This document shows positions 4,564 to 5,686 of a stretch of DNA of 5,686 bases, in pieces. Both the position numbers and the translations under genes were made by a program. The stretch comes from a virus. Location of the stretch: IMG/VR virus record IMGVR_UViG_3300045988_002953, positions 1-5,686 of that record, one strand, 5' to 3'. Under the pieces are notes generated by a model that did no database searches, was not told the DNA's origin, and was given only the letters and a program-made list of their open reading frames with translations. The stretch's first letter is position 1. Every line of letters begins with the position of its first letter.

Positions 4564-4572
4564 TGACACCAT

Positions 4573-5595
4573 TTAGAGAATCCCTCTTGCTTTACTAAAG
4601 CGTTCTCTGAGATTCTTTTCCTTAATTTTTCCTTGCTCTTCGATAGTTACGTCTGTGTTTGACATCTTGACTTTAAGTGCATTTATTGCACTTGACTGTC
4701 TTTTTTTTTTAATCTCCCACAGCCTTTTGGGATTTTCAGCTTCTTGCATCTTGTCAAAGTACCTTGGAATGGGCCTTTTTTTGCCGTTAAAATATAATCC
4801 ATCGTCTTTGTACATTTGTTCTTTGTGCTCTTGGTAGTAGTCGTATCCTAGACCCGGATTTCGTGACATGCAGCAGTAAGGCGCTGGTAGCCCTAGCTCA
4901 TTGTATCGTTTTGTGTCGTTGCCGTAGGCTTTTTTTGTCACATATCCCGCTACATACGCCATTGTTTCCGGTGACGCCTCTGTAATTATCACATTGCCCA
5001 TTCCCCAGATTTTGTCTATTGTTTCGCTCTCAAAGTATGGATTATTGCCTCTTTTTTTCTTTAGGTCTGGTATTTCTAACCCATAATAGATTGCATGGTG
5101 ATGCGGTCTGCCTGTGGTTTCGCCGTATTCGCCGCAATAAAAATATCTGAGGTCTGTACCCCATTTATCGGACATTTCTTGCTTTTTTCGGAGTCTTTTG
5201 TTAAAAAGTACCATGTCCTCTTGCAATAGGATTTGCACAACTTCTGGTGCGTCTCCCGTTGTCCACTGGTGTGTTGCTCCACGTATAAGTTCGCCTGTTG
5301 CTCTTACCATTCCTGGCACGTACTCTTGATTCCACGTCAGGGTTAAAAACCATACTGGTGACAGTGTTTTTGACTCCATCAGCATCCTTGTCTCCCAATC
5401 CTGCCGCTGTCTGAGTCTGCATCCCAGACATTTGCCACATGGCAGTAACATCACGTCTGTTCTGTACGCGATGCTTTCATACGTTGCTTTTGGATTGTGC
5501 GCCCTTTCGCGGTACGTCTCTAAGGTCATGATTGACCCTGTTATGTTATGGTTGTTTGGGTTGTATACTCTGATAAGTGGTCTTTCACAGCTCAT
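4573..5595 (-). CDS. VP4: Replication initiation protein VP4 (HUH rolling-circle endonuclease, phiX174 A analogue), 340 aa.
   Basis: It carries a Cys cluster LPCGKCLGCRLRQRQDW, motif I FLTLTW, the HUH motif RPHHHAIYYG and the catalytic Tyr motif YVAGYVTKK. SD GGAGG lies at 5603..5607, 7 nt before ATG 5595..5593. The ATG directly follows the VP2 stop (TAAATG). Confidence 0.95.
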   Translation of the reverse strand: MSCERPLIRVYNPNNHNITGSIMTLETYRERAHNPKATYESIAYRTDVMLLPCGKCLGCRLRQRQDWETRMLMESKTLSPVWFLTLTWNQEYVPGMVRATGELIRGATHQWTTGDAPEVVQILLQEDMVLFNKRLRKKQEMSDKWGTDLRYFYCGEYGETTGRPHHHAIYYGLEIPDLKKKRGNNPYFESETIDKIWGMGNVIITEASPETMAYVAGYVTKKAYGNDTKRYNELGLPAPYCCMSRNPGLGYDYYQEHKEQMYKDDGLYFNGKKRPIPRYFDKMQEAENPKRLWEIKKKRQSSAINALKVKMSNTDVTIEEQGKIKEKNLRERFSKARGIL

Positions 5596-5686
5596 TTATT
5601 TACCTCCCCCTAATTTGTCTTTCCAGTAGTTTCCGAAGTTGCTGCCGATGTACTGATTGTTCTTAGGCGTTGTTTCGGCTGCTGTG
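5596..5686 (-). CDS. VP2: 3' end of VP2 (...[24 protein letters not shown]), with stop TAA at 5598..5596.
   Basis: This is the same frame as 1..841 when 5610 is equated with position 1. Bases 5610..5686 duplicate 1..77. Confidence 0.88.
   Translation of the reverse strand, partial: TAAETTPKNNQYIGSNFGNYWKDKLGGGK
5610..5686. repeat. Right copy of the 77-bp terminal direct repeat.
   Basis: It is identical to 1..77. Confidence 0.95.

Noticed and set aside
4385-4570. A tRNA or other known structured RNA gene among the hairpins.
   Set aside because: I could find no cloverleaf arrangement or T-loop (GTTCRANYC) consensus.
4498-4572. 24-aa minus-strand ORF starting directly after the rep stop (TAAATG, the same junction type as VP2/rep).
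   Set aside because: It has no separate SD. Its sequence is simply the 14-bp hairpin read as codons, so the match is most likely coincidence.
853-5440. Nested minus-strand ORFs inside VP1 and rep (853..1080, 1040..1354, 1522..1794, 1996..2193, 5076..5282, 5201..5440) as phiX174 E-like overlapping lysis genes.
   Set aside because: None of the translations contains a hydrophobic transmembrane stretch, and they are Arg/Ser/Thr-rich off-frame products. I did not check each one for an SD, so this rejection rests on composition.
211-5629. All plus-strand track ORFs: 211..459, 627..875, 891..1754, 1637..1828, 2073..2294, 2510..3052, 2937..3542, 3173..3382, 3437..3646, 4655..4837 and 5432..5629.
   Set aside because: They are antisense to well-supported genes. 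Their Cys/Leu/Phe/Arg-rich translations are typical of the reverse frames of real genes. I noticed no SD sites, and microviruses transcribe one strand only.

Overview
The window is one complete, circularly permuted genome of a small ssDNA phage of the family Microviridae, with a gokushovirus-like gene set. Bases 1-77 recur exactly at 5610-5686, so the unit genome is 5,609 nt.

All credible genes lie on the minus strand in one tightly coupled chain: ORF59, ORF75, a 39-aa basic J/VP8-like DNA-binding protein, ORF80, VP3 scaffold, VP1 major capsid (GTG start), VP2 pilot protein, then the VP4 HUH replication initiator. VP2 crosses the window junction and is therefore missing from the supplied ORF track. 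Two track ORFs (231 aa and 90 aa) are over-extended; the real genes start at internal Met codons that have Shine-Dalgarno sites.

The unusual part is the roughly 1 kb segment 3588-4572 between the end of rep and ORF75. About 620 bp of it (3952-4572) has no credible ORF. It carries:
- a near-consensus extended -10 promoter;
- six same-orientation TTTCAACAY repeats interleaved with one perfect and one 8/9 DnaA box;
- a (TAC)5 microsatellite;
- a duplicated GC-rich alternating purine-pyrimidine (Z-DNA-prone) tract;
- three hairpin elements.

An iteron plus DnaA-box module is typical of theta-replicating plasmids or chromosomal origins. It is not expected in a rolling-circle microvirus and is the main candidate for something undescribed. 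All functional readings of that region are inference from sequence patterns only.
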